64,000 bases of DNA from positions 321,776 through 385,775 of the forward strand of contig JAQULM010000002.1 of NCBI GenBank assembly GCA_028718605.1. The letters run 5' to 3'. The translations under genes were made by a program, and so were the position numbers. Below, in pieces: positions 39,146-48,121 of the stretch. The notes beneath the pieces were generated by a model. That model was not told the DNA's origin. It did not search any database and saw only the letters and a list, made by a program, of their open reading frames with translations. Numbering within the stretch: position 1 is the stretch's first letter; every line of letters starts with the position of its first letter. The stretch is from Patescibacteria group bacterium (GTDB lineage: Bacteria > Patescibacteriota > Patescibacteriia > UBA10025 > JAHIVO01).

Positions 39146-40525
39146 ATGTACTGGGCGAATTTTTTACACATTTACCAGCCCCCAACCCAGAAAGAATACT
39201 GGGTGAAGAAAATCGCGAACGAAAGCTACCGCAAGCTGATCAAGGGCTTCACGGAAAATCCCCATGCGAAAGCAACGTTGAATATCAACGCAGGCTTAAC
39301 CGAACTCTTCGCAAAGTATGCTTGCCGCGACGTCATCGCCGGCATACGGATGCTGGCAGAACGCGGCCAGATCGAGCTCACCGCGAGCGCAAAATACCAC
39401 CCCTTCCTCCCCATGATGCCCAAGGATGAAATCGTCCGTCAGATCGAGTTGAATACTGCAACAAACCGCCGCTATTTTGGCTCCGCATACAAACCGACGG
39501 GGTTCTTCCCGCCGGAAATGGCGTACAACCGTAACGTTGCCGATGTCATTGCAGGCCAGGGGTACCGCTGGCTCATCCTCGATGAGCTTGCTTTCTCGGG
39601 AAAAATTAAAGACATCGACTGGACAAAAACCTACACAGTGCGCGGGCATGACAATCTCCACGTTTTCTTCCGCGAGCGTGAAGCGAGCTTCCGTATACTG
39701 TCCGCCGAAATCGGGATGAGCATCTTCTCGGGCAGCATGCTCATCAAGCTCCTCGGAGAGCGCGTTCATAACAAGGAATACCTTATCACCGCCATGGACG
39801 GAGAAACATTCGGCCACCACCGGCCGGGCCTTGAATACCTCCTCTTTGACCTCTATAAGACGAAAGAATTGCAGCCCGTTACGATTTCCGAACTCACGGC
39901 GTTCTTTCCCGCATCGGCAGCCATCGAGCCGCGGCCGTCGTCATGGGCACTGATGATGAAAGACATCGAACGCAACACGCCATTTTCACGGTGGAACGAC
40001 AAACACAACACCATCCATGCGATGCAATGGCAGCTCACGAATCTCGCCATACAGAGCATCAAGCGACTGAAAAAAACGTTCAAGCGGTACCCGCGCGTCC
40101 GCCATGACCTGGATCGCGCGCTCCACTCCGACCAATACTGGTGGGCCTCGGCGATGCCGTGGTGGAGCATCGAAATGATCGAAGCGGGAGCGAAGGACCT
40201 CCGCGACGTCATACTCGAATCCCCGGTCAGCAAAACAACAAAAGCTAAAGCGCAACAGTTATACCAAAACATCCTCTTTACAGCTTTTGACTGGCAACGG
40301 TCAGGCAAGGTTGATGTGCTGGCAAAATCGGCTGACGAGGACGTTACACAGCGTATTACCACTGATATTCCGTACATACCGGAGGCAGAATTCAACAGCA
40401 TCATCGCGAACCTTGAGAAACAGATGCATGAGGCGGCAAGTTCCCAAGAGTACGAACGCGCCGCGCAAATCAGAAATCGCGTCAACGAACTCAAGGAAAA
40501 GAAAGATCAAATTACGAAGCGTTAA
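39146..40525 (+). CDS. Glycoside hydrolase family 57 with C-terminal UVR (UvrB/C) coiled coil
   Basis: HIYQP, PPEMAY, MDGETFGHH, C-terminal LEKQMHEAASSQEYERAAQIRN. Confidence 0.88.
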   Translation: MYWANFLHIYQPPTQKEYWVKKIANESYRKLIKGFTENPHAKATLNINAGLTELFAKYACRDVIAGIRMLAERGQIELTASAKYHPFLPMMPKDEIVRQIELNTATNRRYFGSAYKPTGFFPPEMAYNRNVADVIAGQGYRWLILDELAFSGKIKDIDWTKTYTVRGHDNLHVFFREREASFRILSAEIGMSIFSGSMLIKLLGERVHNKEYLITAMDGETFGHHRPGLEYLLFDLYKTKELQPVTISELTAFFPASAAIEPRPSSWALMMKDIERNTPFSRWNDKHNTIHAMQWQLTNLAIQSIKRLKKTFKRYPRVRHDLDRALHSDQYWWASAMPWWSIEMIEAGAKDLRDVILESPVSKTTKAKAQQLYQNILFTAFDWQRSGKVDVLAKSADEDVTQRITTDIPYIPEAEFNSIIANLEKQMHEAASSQEYERAAQIRNRVNELKEKKDQITKR

Positions 40526-40528
40526 CGT

Positions 40529-41524
40529 ATGGCATCACAACGATATGCGCCATCTCGGCTCCGGGAACGGCAGCGCGGCCTGGCAATTATCCGGCAGGTT
40601 ATCGCTTCACAGAATTTTCGCACTGATAAAAAAATCAAGTTCGGCGACCGCTATTACATTGCAGAAGGTTCGCTGCGAAGCACCCCGGCGCTCTTTAAAT
40701 CCTGTATCTTCCCCCCATCCTTCGACCACCTCACGCACCAAAAGTTCTCGCGGGAAATTATCTTTCTGACATTCGTCAAGCGTTCACACTTCAACGCCCT
40801 CAAGCGCGCAGTCCCGTACGTGTATGCCTCATCAGTCAGCCACCGCGCATGGTATATCCGTGAGTACTTTGGCGGAATCCGGCAAAATATTCACGATGGG
40901 AATATCCGCTTTCGGCCGTCCTTTTTCACGCCGGCATCGCTCCGCTGGGTGCTCAATACGTTCTTCGAGCTACAATCGATCCGCGAGCAGGACTTGCCGG
41001 ACCGTTTTAAAAAACTGCTTTACGCGCCCCAAACGTTCGCATATCTGTGGCGCTTTGTCAGGCCGTTTCGCCAGCACGTTGATGCGTTTACCCGCATACC
41101 TAACGCAAGCCAGCGCGCCTTCGCGGTATTACGCGCCCACAACACCCTCGCAGCTCGCTTTCCGCGAGTTTTAGCGCACCAGGAACCGTATGCGCCCCAC
41201 ATCCTAAAAACGGGCGCTTCGTATCGGCTCATTGACTGGGAAAATATCGGCTGGGCGTCCATCATGAAAGACTTTGTAACGATATGGATGCGTGCATCGA
41301 GTAATCCAGCATGGCAACGCGCCTTGTACCATCGCTTAAAACGGCGGTATGGCTCGTACGCGGGGTTCAATAATCTCTGGTCATCAACCGTGTTGCTTCA
41401 ATCAGTATTCAATACCATTGGCTATCATTTTTACCCAGACAAAAAAGATTTCGCCGAGCTTGGGAAATTTTCTGCACAGAAAATCCGGGAGATCCTCGCC
41501 AACAATTTCCGGATGTATAATTAA
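40529..41524 (+). CDS. APH/choline-kinase-like phosphotransferase with a variant catalytic loop
   Basis: LAHQEPYAPHIL (normally HxDxxxxNxx) and LIDWE. Confidence 0.65.
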   Translation: MASQRYAPSRLRERQRGLAIIRQVIASQNFRTDKKIKFGDRYYIAEGSLRSTPALFKSCIFPPSFDHLTHQKFSREIIFLTFVKRSHFNALKRAVPYVYASSVSHRAWYIREYFGGIRQNIHDGNIRFRPSFFTPASLRWVLNTFFELQSIREQDLPDRFKKLLYAPQTFAYLWRFVRPFRQHVDAFTRIPNASQRAFAVLRAHNTLAARFPRVLAHQEPYAPHILKTGASYRLIDWENIGWASIMKDFVTIWMRASSNPAWQRALYHRLKRRYGSYAGFNNLWSSTVLLQSVFNTIGYHFYPDKKDFAELGKFSAQKIREILANNFRMYN

Positions 41525-41533
41525 CGCCTCCCT

Positions 41534-42415
41534 ATGAGACAGTTTATCGACCTCCACGTGCACTCACACTATTCTGAGGGCGATTACTCCGTCAATGAGC
41601 TGCTCCAGCGCGCGCAATCAGAAAACATTTCAGCGCTGGCACTCGCTGACCACAATACAATCGCAGGCATTCAGGAACTATTGACCGAGGCACCACGCGC
41701 CGGAATCAAGGCAATTGTCGGCATTGAGCTCTATGTACATCATAACAGCCGGCAGCTGCATATCCTCGGGTATAATTTCAGCACAACAAACGCCGCTCTA
41801 GCATCCTCCCTGGCAGCGCTGCGGAAAGACAATGCTCGCAATGTCACACGCTCCATACACAGCCTTGAGGAACAAGGGTATACTATCAGCGAGGAGGCGA
41901 TTCTCGCCCTTCCATCCCAATCCATCGGAGTTATCCATTTGCTCCGCGAATTAGAAAGTTTCGAGGCAAACCGGGTAAAAATGCAGGCAGCGCTCCCTGC
42001 AGAAAAACAAACGTTTTTCGAAAAAATCAGTTACTTGTTCGGATTCCATGCTCCCGCGCATTTCCCCGTTTCAGCCCTTCCCGCAGGCGATGCAATCAAG
42101 CTCATTCATGGCGCGGGGGGCAGTGCGGTACTCGCCCACCCCGGACAACAATTAACGCACGCGGACGACTCACTGATCCGGAACCTGGCGCGCTTAGGCC
42201 TTGACGGCCTCGAAGTGCTCTCCCCGTACCATACCTGGCACCAAATTGAATACTACCAGCACCTCGCTCAAGAGCTCAAGCTACTGATGACTGGCGGCAG
42301 CGACTTCCACGGGGACTTTCCTGCTAACAAGCAAGGTTTCCTCAAAAGCCAGCTCGATTACTTCAAGATTCCAGTGTCTTTCCTGAATGGACTGACCACG
42401 CCCGGTACTCAATAA
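41534..42415 (+). CDS. PHP-domain metallophosphoesterase
   Basis: DLHVHSHYSEG, ADHN, GIE, HILGY, AHP, GGSDFHG. Confidence 0.9.
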   Translation: MRQFIDLHVHSHYSEGDYSVNELLQRAQSENISALALADHNTIAGIQELLTEAPRAGIKAIVGIELYVHHNSRQLHILGYNFSTTNAALASSLAALRKDNARNVTRSIHSLEEQGYTISEEAILALPSQSIGVIHLLRELESFEANRVKMQAALPAEKQTFFEKISYLFGFHAPAHFPVSALPAGDAIKLIHGAGGSAVLAHPGQQLTHADDSLIRNLARLGLDGLEVLSPYHTWHQIEYYQHLAQELKLLMTGGSDFHGDFPANKQGFLKSQLDYFKIPVSFLNGLTTPGTQ

Positions 42416-42428
42416 TTAACCTCTTACC

Positions 42429-43937
42429 ATGAGCATCCGAAAAGTTCTCTTCATCGCGTCCGAACTGACCCCCCTCGCAAAAGTCGGCGGCCTTGCCGAT
42501 GTCGTCGGCGCCCTGCCAAAAGCGCTCGCCGCGCTCGGCATCGACGTGCGCATTGCCATCCCGAAATACGGCGTCATCGATGACAAAAAGTATGCGACAA
42601 AAAAAATCGCGAGCGGCATCACGGTGCCATTCAATGGCAAAAAAGAACTCGTCACCGTCTTCGAAACCGCGCTTCCCAGCAGTACCGTGCCTGTATACCT
42701 CATCGAAAACAAGCGGTACCTCGGCGAAAACGGCATTTACTTCGAAACGCTCCAGCTTGCTGATTCAGCCCAACGGGAAATTGAGCGGTTTACGTTCTTC
42801 GCGCGTTCCAGCCTTGCAATGTTCCCTGCATTGTCATGGAAACCGGACATCATCCATTGCCACGACTGGCATGTTGGCATCCTCCCGCTGCTCATGAAGC
42901 TTTTAGCAAAAACTGACTCGCTGTATCGTTCAATAAAAACACTTTTTACCATTCATAATCTTGAATTCCAGGGATTGTTTGATTCTCGAATCGTCATGGA
43001 AGGGCTCGGTATCTCTACAAAAGACTGTCCGTCACTCCTGATGCGAAATGACGGAAAAATCAACCTCGTTCAGCAGGCAATCGCCGCAAGTGATTTTATC
43101 AACGCCGTGAGTCCAACATACCGGAATGAAATCCTGACCCCGGAGTTTGGCGCCGGGCTGGAAAAAGACCTCCAGGGGCGCGAGCATGAATTAGCCGGCA
43201 TCCTGAATGGAATCGACGCCGATCGTTTTAATCCCGCAACCGATCCTTATATTGTAAAAAATTTCTCTGCTGATGACCTGGCGGGCAAGCGCCAGTGCAA
43301 GCTCCACGTCCAAAAACGGTGCGGCTTGCCGGAGCGCGACGATATCCCGCTCATTGGCATCGTATCGCGAATAACTGACCAGAAGGGGTTTGACCTCGTC
43401 TATGATGCAATCAAAACGACGCTCCACAATAACACACAACTCGCCATTCTTGGCACGGGTGACCCGAAACTTGAGGAGCTTATGGAATCGCTTGAATCCA
43501 AGCACCCGCATAACGTTTCATCCAATATTGAATTCAATGCGGCGCTCGCGCAACAAATCTATGCCGGTTCGGATATTTTCCTCATGCCATCACGCTTCGA
43601 ACCATGCGGCCTCGGCCAGATGATTGCCATGCGCTACGGCACCGTTCCAGTGGTCCGGGCAACGGGCGGGCTCCGCGATTCGGTCGCCGATTATAACAAT
43701 GCGAGTGGCGCAGGAGACGGATTTGTATTTGAAGAATACAAAAGTTCAGCGCTTAAAAAAGCGCTGCAGCGCGCACTTACCTTGTACCGCGACGAAAAAG
43801 CATGGTACACTCTAGTTGTCCGCCTGATGAAAAAAGACTTTTCCTGGAATAATTCGGCGCGCCAGTACGCCGCACTCTACAATCGGCTTATAATCGACTC
43901 CCATGGCAAAAAAAATTCCTCGACCGACAACGGTTAA
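42429..43937 (+). CDS. glgA: Glycogen synthase (GT5), copy 2
   Basis: KVGGLADV, HCHDWH, TIHNL, PSRFEPCGLGQ. Confidence 0.92.
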   Translation: MSIRKVLFIASELTPLAKVGGLADVVGALPKALAALGIDVRIAIPKYGVIDDKKYATKKIASGITVPFNGKKELVTVFETALPSSTVPVYLIENKRYLGENGIYFETLQLADSAQREIERFTFFARSSLAMFPALSWKPDIIHCHDWHVGILPLLMKLLAKTDSLYRSIKTLFTIHNLEFQGLFDSRIVMEGLGISTKDCPSLLMRNDGKINLVQQAIAASDFINAVSPTYRNEILTPEFGAGLEKDLQGREHELAGILNGIDADRFNPATDPYIVKNFSADDLAGKRQCKLHVQKRCGLPERDDIPLIGIVSRITDQKGFDLVYDAIKTTLHNNTQLAILGTGDPKLEELMESLESKHPHNVSSNIEFNAALAQQIYAGSDIFLMPSRFEPCGLGQMIAMRYGTVPVVRATGGLRDSVADYNNASGAGDGFVFEEYKSSALKKALQRALTLYRDEKAWYTLVVRLMKKDFSWNNSARQYAALYNRLIIDSHGKKNSSTDNG

Positions 43938-44871
43938 AATCCACGAATCAAAAAGTGAAATTCGCATTGACGAAATCCACGATCGTTATATTATCGTTGC
44001 GCCGAAACGCTCCATGCGCCCGCATGACGTTGCCCAGCATCAGGAAGTTCCCGTGAAATCAAAAGATTGCCCATTCTGCCGGGAAACCGAAATGATGTCC
44101 CAGCCCCCGCTGTACCTCGAGGGTCCGGACAATTGGTGGGAAATTAAAGTAATTAAAAACGTCTTCCCCTTCGTCAGCCCGGGCAATCCCAAAGCGTACG
44201 GACACCAAGAGGTAATTATCGAAACTCCCCACCACAACAAGGAAATGGCTGAATTCAGCGACTCGCACGTCTATCGAGTGCTGAAGGCATACGCTGCCCG
44301 CACCAAAGCATTGTCCCGGGATAAAAAAATAAAATACATTATCATCTTTAAAAACCACGGCGGCAAAGCGGGCGCCTCGCTCGTCCATGCACATTCTCAA
44401 ATTCTTGCAACCGGGTTCGTACCGAGCCATATTATCAATAAGCTTGCGCGAGCCGAAGAATACCTCATTGAACATGGCATATCATACTACGCAAAACTCG
44501 CGCAAACTGAAGCAAAGGGGCCCCGGTGCATCATGACAAATAAATACCTCACGGTATTCTGCCCGTATGCCTCCTCATACAACTATGAAGTGTGGATCGT
44601 CCCGCACCGGCAAGTGGACAACATTACCCTCCTCGAAGAAGAGGAATTAAAAGCAGTCGCCCATGCACTGAAACTGATCATCAAGAAGGTAAACGAGCTT
44701 GGCCTGCCCTATAACTATTACATGCACCAAACAATCACTGAGCCCAATGAATACTTCTACCTCCGTATTTGCCCCCGCCGCGACACGTGGGCTGGGGTTG
44801 AACTTGGATCGCGCGTGGTCATCAATAGTGTCGCGCCGGAAGAAGCGGCAAAATTTTATCGCAGGCGGTAG
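43903..44871 (+). CDS. galT: GalT-family hexose-1-phosphate nucleotidyltransferase
   Basis: RSMRP, CPFC, GHQEVIIE, NHGGKAGASLVHAHSQ, AGVELG, PEEAA. Confidence 0.82.
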   Translation: MAKKIPRPTTVKIHESKSEIRIDEIHDRYIIVAPKRSMRPHDVAQHQEVPVKSKDCPFCRETEMMSQPPLYLEGPDNWWEIKVIKNVFPFVSPGNPKAYGHQEVIIETPHHNKEMAEFSDSHVYRVLKAYAARTKALSRDKKIKYIIIFKNHGGKAGASLVHAHSQILATGFVPSHIINKLARAEEYLIEHGISYYAKLAQTEAKGPRCIMTNKYLTVFCPYASSYNYEVWIVPHRQVDNITLLEEEELKAVAHALKLIIKKVNELGLPYNYYMHQTITEPNEYFYLRICPRRDTWAGVELGSRVVINSVAPEEAAKFYRRR

Positions 44872-44901
44872 CCTTACAACAAACCAGCTCCCCTCTATAA
44901 C

Positions 44902-44928
44902 AACAGCCCCGCGAACGGGGCTTGTTTT
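44902..44928. terminator. Terminator between convergent genes
   Basis: AGCCCCG-CGAA-CGGGGCT followed by TGTTTT. Confidence 0.75.
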
Positions 44929-44950
44929 GATGCAACGACCCTCACGACCA

Positions 44951-45910
44951 TTATTTAACGCCTTCGCTCAGAGGCACGATCGAATACCCGGCCTGCTCTA
45001 TCTGCGCCAGCACCCGGTCGAGCACGGCGCCTGTTAATGTATCGCCGACATGCATCAAATAAATATTCCCCGGCGCAAGTTTTGAAAGTATGCGGTCTTG
45101 TACCTGCGCTGCGGTCATGCCCTCGCTTTCTTGCCAATCAAGCGCATCGACCGTCCAAAAAACTGAACGATACCCAGCAGCCGACGCAACCTCAAGCACG
45201 TGACTCGTGCGATCCCCATATGGCGGCCGAAAGTACGGTTTCGTTGAGGTGCCGGTAATGCGCTCAATGATAGCCTCCGTCTCGCTCAATTCTGCGCGAA
45301 TGTCTTCATCGTTCAACGTTGGCAGGTGGGGGTGCGAATAGGTATGGTTAAACATCTCATGGCCAGCTTCGGCAATCGCTCGAACGGAGTCTTCGTTTTT
45401 TTCTGCCCACTTCCCGGTGAGAAAAAATGATGCGGTAATGCCATGCTCCCCGAGCGTTTCAAGGATGGCTCCGATTGACTGATTGCCAGACCCGGCGTCA
45501 AACGTAAATATAACCTGCTGCTTTGTGTCATCGCCACGCACAATTTCCGGGCCGGTGCTCGTTTGGGTTGCGGGGGCAACGACCGGTTCTGTATTGACGA
45601 CGGTCACTTCTGGTTCGGTGGCGGGAACTTCTTGGTCCGCGCCTTGCCCATTGGTACTATTCATGGGCGGCAAACTATTGTCCAATGCATTGGTGGTGCT
45701 GTGATTGCTGGTGGATGTATTCTCGCTGATGGGAGTACGCACGCTTCCCGAGAGCTTCAAAATCATAATACATGCGCCGATGCAAAAAACAATTGCAGCT
45801 GCTGCAACAAGTTTTGTTCTTCGCGGCGTCGGTTTCCGGGACCACGAGGATGGCCACAATGATCGTGGCGGCACCCGACGCTGTGGCGCTCGCCCGTATG
45901 AACGTATCAT
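44951..45910 (-). CDS. Polysaccharide deacetylase (NodB/CE4), membrane-anchored
   Basis: TFDAG, NHTYSHP, FRPPYG, WTVDALDW, LMH, with a Ser/Thr/Asn-rich stalk. Confidence 0.88.
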   Translation of the reverse strand: MIRSYGRAPQRRVPPRSLWPSSWSRKPTPRRTKLVAAAAIVFCIGACIMILKLSGSVRTPISENTSTSNHSTTNALDNSLPPMNSTNGQGADQEVPATEPEVTVVNTEPVVAPATQTSTGPEIVRGDDTKQQVIFTFDAGSGNQSIGAILETLGEHGITASFFLTGKWAEKNEDSVRAIAEAGHEMFNHTYSHPHLPTLNDEDIRAELSETEAIIERITGTSTKPYFRPPYGDRTSHVLEVASAAGYRSVFWTVDALDWQESEGMTAAQVQDRILSKLAPGNIYLMHVGDTLTGAVLDRVLAQIEQAGYSIVPLSEGVK

Positions 45911-47109
45911 TCCTTATTGATTACCAAGCGGACAAACTTTCGCTTTCCAGCGCGGAGCACCATCCCTGATGCGACACGAACTTTTTTCTTCCAGTCAGTA
46001 ATAAGCATGCTATCGAATTCCACGGCGCCCTGCTCAATAAGCCTGCGGGCGTCACTTTTTGATTTTGCCAAGCCAGTCTCCACGAGCGTATCAACCAAAG
46101 AAAAACTGCCAGCTTTCTTTATCGCATACTCTGGAATATCCTGGGGCGCCTGTTTTCCCTGAAACACCCGAGCAAACTCTTTTTCGGCTTCATCAGCCGC
46201 ACGCACGCTATGGTACAGCTTGACCAGCGACCACGCAAGTTTCGCCTTATACGCTCTCGGATTTTCACCGGCAGCCATGGCGTTTTGGTACTCGCTAATT
46301 TCAGCCATCGGCGTATCCGTCAGGGTTGTGAAATACTTTATTATTAACGTATCGGGAATAGACATAAGCTTTCCGTACATTTCACGCGGTTCATCATCGA
46401 GGTCAATGGTATTGCCAATGCTCTTGCTCATTTTGCTCTTGCCGTCCGTGCCCTCGATGAGCTGCACGGTAATAATATCTTGCGGTTCTTGGTTATAGTG
46501 GGGTTGAATAGTCCTTGCGGCGAGGACATTAAACGTCTGGTCGGTTCCTCCGAGCTCGACGTCTGCTTGAAGCGCCACTGAATCGTATCCCTGCAATAAG
46601 GGGTAAAGCAGTTCATGAATCCACAGCGGTTTCCCGGACTTCATTCTTTTCTGAAACATATCCCGCTCAAGCATTTGGTTCACCGAAAACCAGCTCGCGA
46701 GCTGAAACAGCTCAGCGAAATCCATATTTGCGTGCCATTCCGCATTATGGCGCATCGTAACGTTTTCGAGGTCCAGTACCTTCCCAATCTGCGCTCGGTA
46801 CAGCTTCATATTATGTTCAATCTCCTTCGGCGTGAGCGGTTTTCGGGCAGAGAGGCGATCGGACGGGTCCCCAATGCGGGCGGTAAAATCACCAATTAAA
46901 AAAATAATCTGATGCCCAAGTTCCTGAAACTGCCGAAGCTTGCGGAGCGCAACGGTATGCCCGAGGTGGAGGCGGGGAGATGTCGGGTCGATGCCAAGCT
47001 TCACTTTCAGCGGTGTGCCTGATTGAAGCTTACGTTCAAGGTCCTTCCGGACGATTACATCAACGACGCCCCTCGTTAATAATTCTTCAATTTCTGCCTT
47101 TTTATCCAT
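45907..47109 (-). CDS. tyrS: Tyrosine--tRNA ligase
   Basis: GIDPT..LHLGH, YPLLQGYD, GGTDQ, KMSKS, C-terminal S4 domain. Confidence 0.97.
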   Translation of the reverse strand: MDKKAEIEELLTRGVVDVIVRKDLERKLQSGTPLKVKLGIDPTSPRLHLGHTVALRKLRQFQELGHQIIFLIGDFTARIGDPSDRLSARKPLTPKEIEHNMKLYRAQIGKVLDLENVTMRHNAEWHANMDFAELFQLASWFSVNQMLERDMFQKRMKSGKPLWIHELLYPLLQGYDSVALQADVELGGTDQTFNVLAARTIQPHYNQEPQDIITVQLIEGTDGKSKMSKSIGNTIDLDDEPREMYGKLMSIPDTLIIKYFTTLTDTPMAEISEYQNAMAAGENPRAYKAKLAWSLVKLYHSVRAADEAEKEFARVFQGKQAPQDIPEYAIKKAGSFSLVDTLVETGLAKSKSDARRLIEQGAVEFDSMLITDWKKKVRVASGMVLRAGKRKFVRLVINKE

Positions 47110-47212
47110 AGTCTCCCGTATCCTTTTTAAACCAACGACTGCCTACAGTATACCGCACTTTCCTCATTATGAAAAAGACAAAACACGCCCATTCTGCTAT
47201 ACTATCGATACT

Positions 47213-48112
47213 ATGGCTACTGGCATACTCGGTCTCGATATCGGCGGCACAAAAATTCAAATCGGCCTTGTCAGCGACCGGCATAGGGTCATTCGCAGTG
47301 GGCGATTTTTAATCGATCCGAAAAACGCTACGACTGCGCTCGCGAGTATCAAGAAAGCCATAACTATATTCAGGCCAACAGCATTCAAGGCGATCGGGAT
47401 TGGGATTACTGGCCTTGTTGATCATGCTCGTGGCATTTCGATCATGAGCCCAAATCTTCCCAGGACATGGCACCGCGTCCCCCTGAAAAAACTTTTTGAA
47501 CGCCGCTACCATGTACCGGTCGCCGTTGATAACGACGCGCACTGCATTGCCCTTGCTGATGCGCTGGTCGGAGATGGGAAAAAATACCAAACCGTTTTTT
47601 CAATTACCATCGGGACGGGAATTGGGGCCGGCCTCGTTGTGGGAAAACGCCTCTACCGGGGCGCGCAAAATTCAGTCGAGTTCGGCCATACTATCATCGC
47701 CCAAGACTCGCCGCCCTGCAGCTGCGGTAAGCGCGGCCACCTTGAAGCACTCGTTTCCGGGCGCGCGATGGTCAACCTGTACCGGCAGCGCACAGGAAAA
47801 ACGCTCACTACATACGGCATTGTTGCTGCGGCTGCAGCTCGGCAGCGTGACGCGGTATTTACCGTCAAAACCATGTCAAACTTTCTTTCCCATGGCTTCG
47901 CAAATGCCATTCATGCGTATAATCCGGAAATAATTGTCGTGGGTGGCGGGCTTTCACAAATTCCCCGGTTGGTTCAGAATGCCGTACGGGCAACCCGCCA
48001 GCTGCTCCTTTCCCCTGAGTTACGCACTGTCCGTATCGTGCGCTCCAGTCTCTGCCAGGATGCCGGCGTTATCGGCGCAGCCTTGCTCGCACAACAAAAA
48101 TTCAAGGTTTAG
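47213..48112 (+). CDS. ROK-family sugar kinase (glucokinase-like)
   Basis: DIGGT, DNDA, GTGIG, EFGH, CSCG..GHLE. Confidence 0.9.
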   Translation: MATGILGLDIGGTKIQIGLVSDRHRVIRSGRFLIDPKNATTALASIKKAITIFRPTAFKAIGIGITGLVDHARGISIMSPNLPRTWHRVPLKKLFERRYHVPVAVDNDAHCIALADALVGDGKKYQTVFSITIGTGIGAGLVVGKRLYRGAQNSVEFGHTIIAQDSPPCSCGKRGHLEALVSGRAMVNLYRQRTGKTLTTYGIVAAAAARQRDAVFTVKTMSNFLSHGFANAIHAYNPEIIVVGGGLSQIPRLVQNAVRATRQLLLSPELRTVRIVRSSLCQDAGVIGAALLAQQKFKV

Positions 48113-48121
48113 TTTCCTCCC

